64,000 nucleotides of DNA from contig JAUCBJ010006528.1 of NCBI GenBank assembly GCA_032718475.1, forward strand, positions 85,661 through 149,660, written 5' to 3'. A program made the translations under genes and the position numbers. Positions 62,880 through 64,000 of the stretch are shown piece by piece. The notes beneath the pieces were generated by a model that saw nothing but the letters and a program-made list of their open reading frames with translations, was not told the DNA's origin and did no database searches. How positions within the stretch are numbered: the first letter of the stretch is position 1; the number at the start of each line of letters is the position of its first letter. The DNA comes from Nemertoderma westbladi (lineage: Eukaryota > Animalia > Xenacoelomorpha).

Positions 62880-63128
62880 TTAAGTAATCACCAGGGTTAC
62901 CAGTGTCACGATAATCAACATCGTTACCCAGCAACCGTAAACAAGCTGCGGTGCATGGCTGGTGGCGGTGCAACTGAGTTTGTTTGTAGCCGCATCGAGA
63001 GTGAGCTTCGTGGCAGTAAGATCCGTAGCAGAGCTAACGCAAGCCTGATCCATACATAGGTAGCGACTAGTTTCAGGGTTGTAGACTGTCTTCATATCTT
63101 GGCTACAAACGCATTTACTGTCTACCAC
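62880..63128 (-). CDS. Terminal coding exon of a Cys-rich protein with a hydrophobic C-terminus (GPI-anchor signal or tail transmembrane segment)
   Basis: Splice acceptor gttccttcaatttcAG|GTG (AG at 63130-63129), phase 0. Open frame VVDSKCVCSQDMKTVYNPETSRYLCMDQAC...SCTATSHAPQLVYGCWVTMLIIVTLVTLVIT ends in TAA. It is a GC-richer island followed by AT-rich UTR-like sequence. Upstream exons were not identified in the window. Confidence 0.72.
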   Translation of the reverse strand: MVDSKCVCSQDMKTVYNPETSRYLCMDQACVSSATDLTATKLTLDAATNKLSCTATSHAPQLVYGCWVTMLIIVTLVTLVIT

Positions 63129-63214
63129 CTGAAATTGAAGGAACACTGTGTTAATGCCGATAACAGGTTAATCAACGTTTTACTTCTCGTGAGAGTTAAT
63201 AATGTAAAGTATAA

Positions 63215-63464
63215 TCTATACCTATAAAAATCAAATTCTCTCTCTCTCTCTCTGTGTGTGTTCGAACTCCTCCAAAACGGGCAGAGGGATTGCGCTGGAA
63301 CTTGGCATGTGTGTATAACTTTAACCAGCGGTCATTATAGGCCACTTTTCGAAAAGTTTATTTCACGTTCGGTACCGGTACTAGGTACCGGTACGTCAGT
63401 AGGCCTATGCCGGTAGCGGGAAATACCGGGTAACATGCCTCGAGCCTCGGGTATTGCCTGCTAG
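63215..63464 (+). mobile_element. Short non-autonomous Helitron (250 bp) in the intron
   Basis: Starts A|TCtatacctataaaa and ends CTAG|T (AT target, no TSD). Subterminal stem aatacc...ggtatt lies just before CTAG. Internal (TC)n(TG)n microsatellite and 'gaactcctccaaaacgg...gaacttggca' motif are typical of such elements. Confidence 0.65.
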
Positions 63465-63496
63465 TATTAAATAAATTATAAAATGCCATGTGCGAT

Positions 63497-63755
63497 GTCG
63501 CAGTGTCCGAGTGGATACGGCGCCTGAACTGCTTACACAATAGTGTTTGGTGGCGCAGGTTCGAATCCGACTAAAGGCTGTAGAAATTTCGCACTGTTGT
63601 GTTCCTAGGCAAGACACTTTAGACATTAGTGCCTACGTCAACCCAGCGGTATAATGGGAACCTGGCTTTGCTGGGGTAATGATAATAAAAGCGCTTTGAG
63701 TATGCTGAGCGTAGAAAAGCGCTATATAAATAACCAATATTATTATTATTATTAT
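63497..63755 (+). mobile_element. tRNA-derived SINE with a CORE-like domain and L2-type 3' tail
   Basis: A-box tgtccgagtgg (63504-63514) and B-box ggttcgaatcc (63558-63568). Central ttgtgttcctaggcaagacacttta...tgcct...tataatggg resembles the CORE domain. The 3' end aaagcgctttgag...aaaagcgctatataaat plus a (TAT)n tail resembles L2 3' ends. Confidence 0.8.
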
Positions 63756-64000
63756 AAAATCTGCTATATACATACATTCAACATGGACATAAAACTGGCA
63801 CACCACTATTAGTTAAGTTAAGTAAATCTTTAATGTCGTGGGCGATATCCCCCAGTCGCAACCGGCTTACTCAGAAAAATATACATATTAAATACAGCAC
63901 CGACCATAACAAGAATACAAATAAACAATAATTATATAATTAACGAGACAATACATTAATATTATACAGCCAGCAAAATATAAATAAACTTAGGCGAGAA

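Noticed and set aside
63497-63575. Functional tRNA gene
   Set aside because: A and B boxes are present, but no complete acceptor stem or cloverleaf forms and the sequence continues into a SINE body and tail.
63358-63626. Two short minus-strand ORFs (60 and 73 aa)
   Set aside because: They lie across the Helitron and SINE sequences.
63810-64000. 3' end of a minus-strand LINE (agtta repeats next to ctttaat)
   Set aside because: Only a weak tail-like pattern with no coding evidence inside the window.

Overview
This is eukaryotic, probably invertebrate animal, genomic DNA with no prokaryotic features. About 88% of the window (~5442-61828) is one unidirectional satellite array of roughly 900 monomers (58 bp, a 65-bp form carrying an extra 7-bp T/GGAGCGG-type module, and a 61-bp form with an extra CCT). 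The array has layered higher-order duplications with measured periods of 181, 752, 919, 973, 1717, 2922, 3127, 4280 and 5956 bp, and a single interruption: a 161-bp 5'-truncated RTE-like LINE with a 7-bp TSD. The left flank holds a 68-bp minisatellite built from an L2/CR1-type LINE ORF2 C-terminus, a 25-bp minisatellite, a promoter-like motif cluster, HINE/Helentron-like fragments and a Kolobok-like MITE. The right flank holds the last coding exon of a minus-strand gene (Cys-rich, hydrophobic C-terminus), a short non-autonomous Helitron and a tRNA-derived CORE-like SINE with an L2-type tail. The most interesting inference is that the satellite monomer resembles a fused 3' end plus 5' end of a Helentron/HINE-type element, with the last monomer completing an inverted repeat in unique flank DNA. 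All family assignments come from motif recognition by eye and no database search was run.
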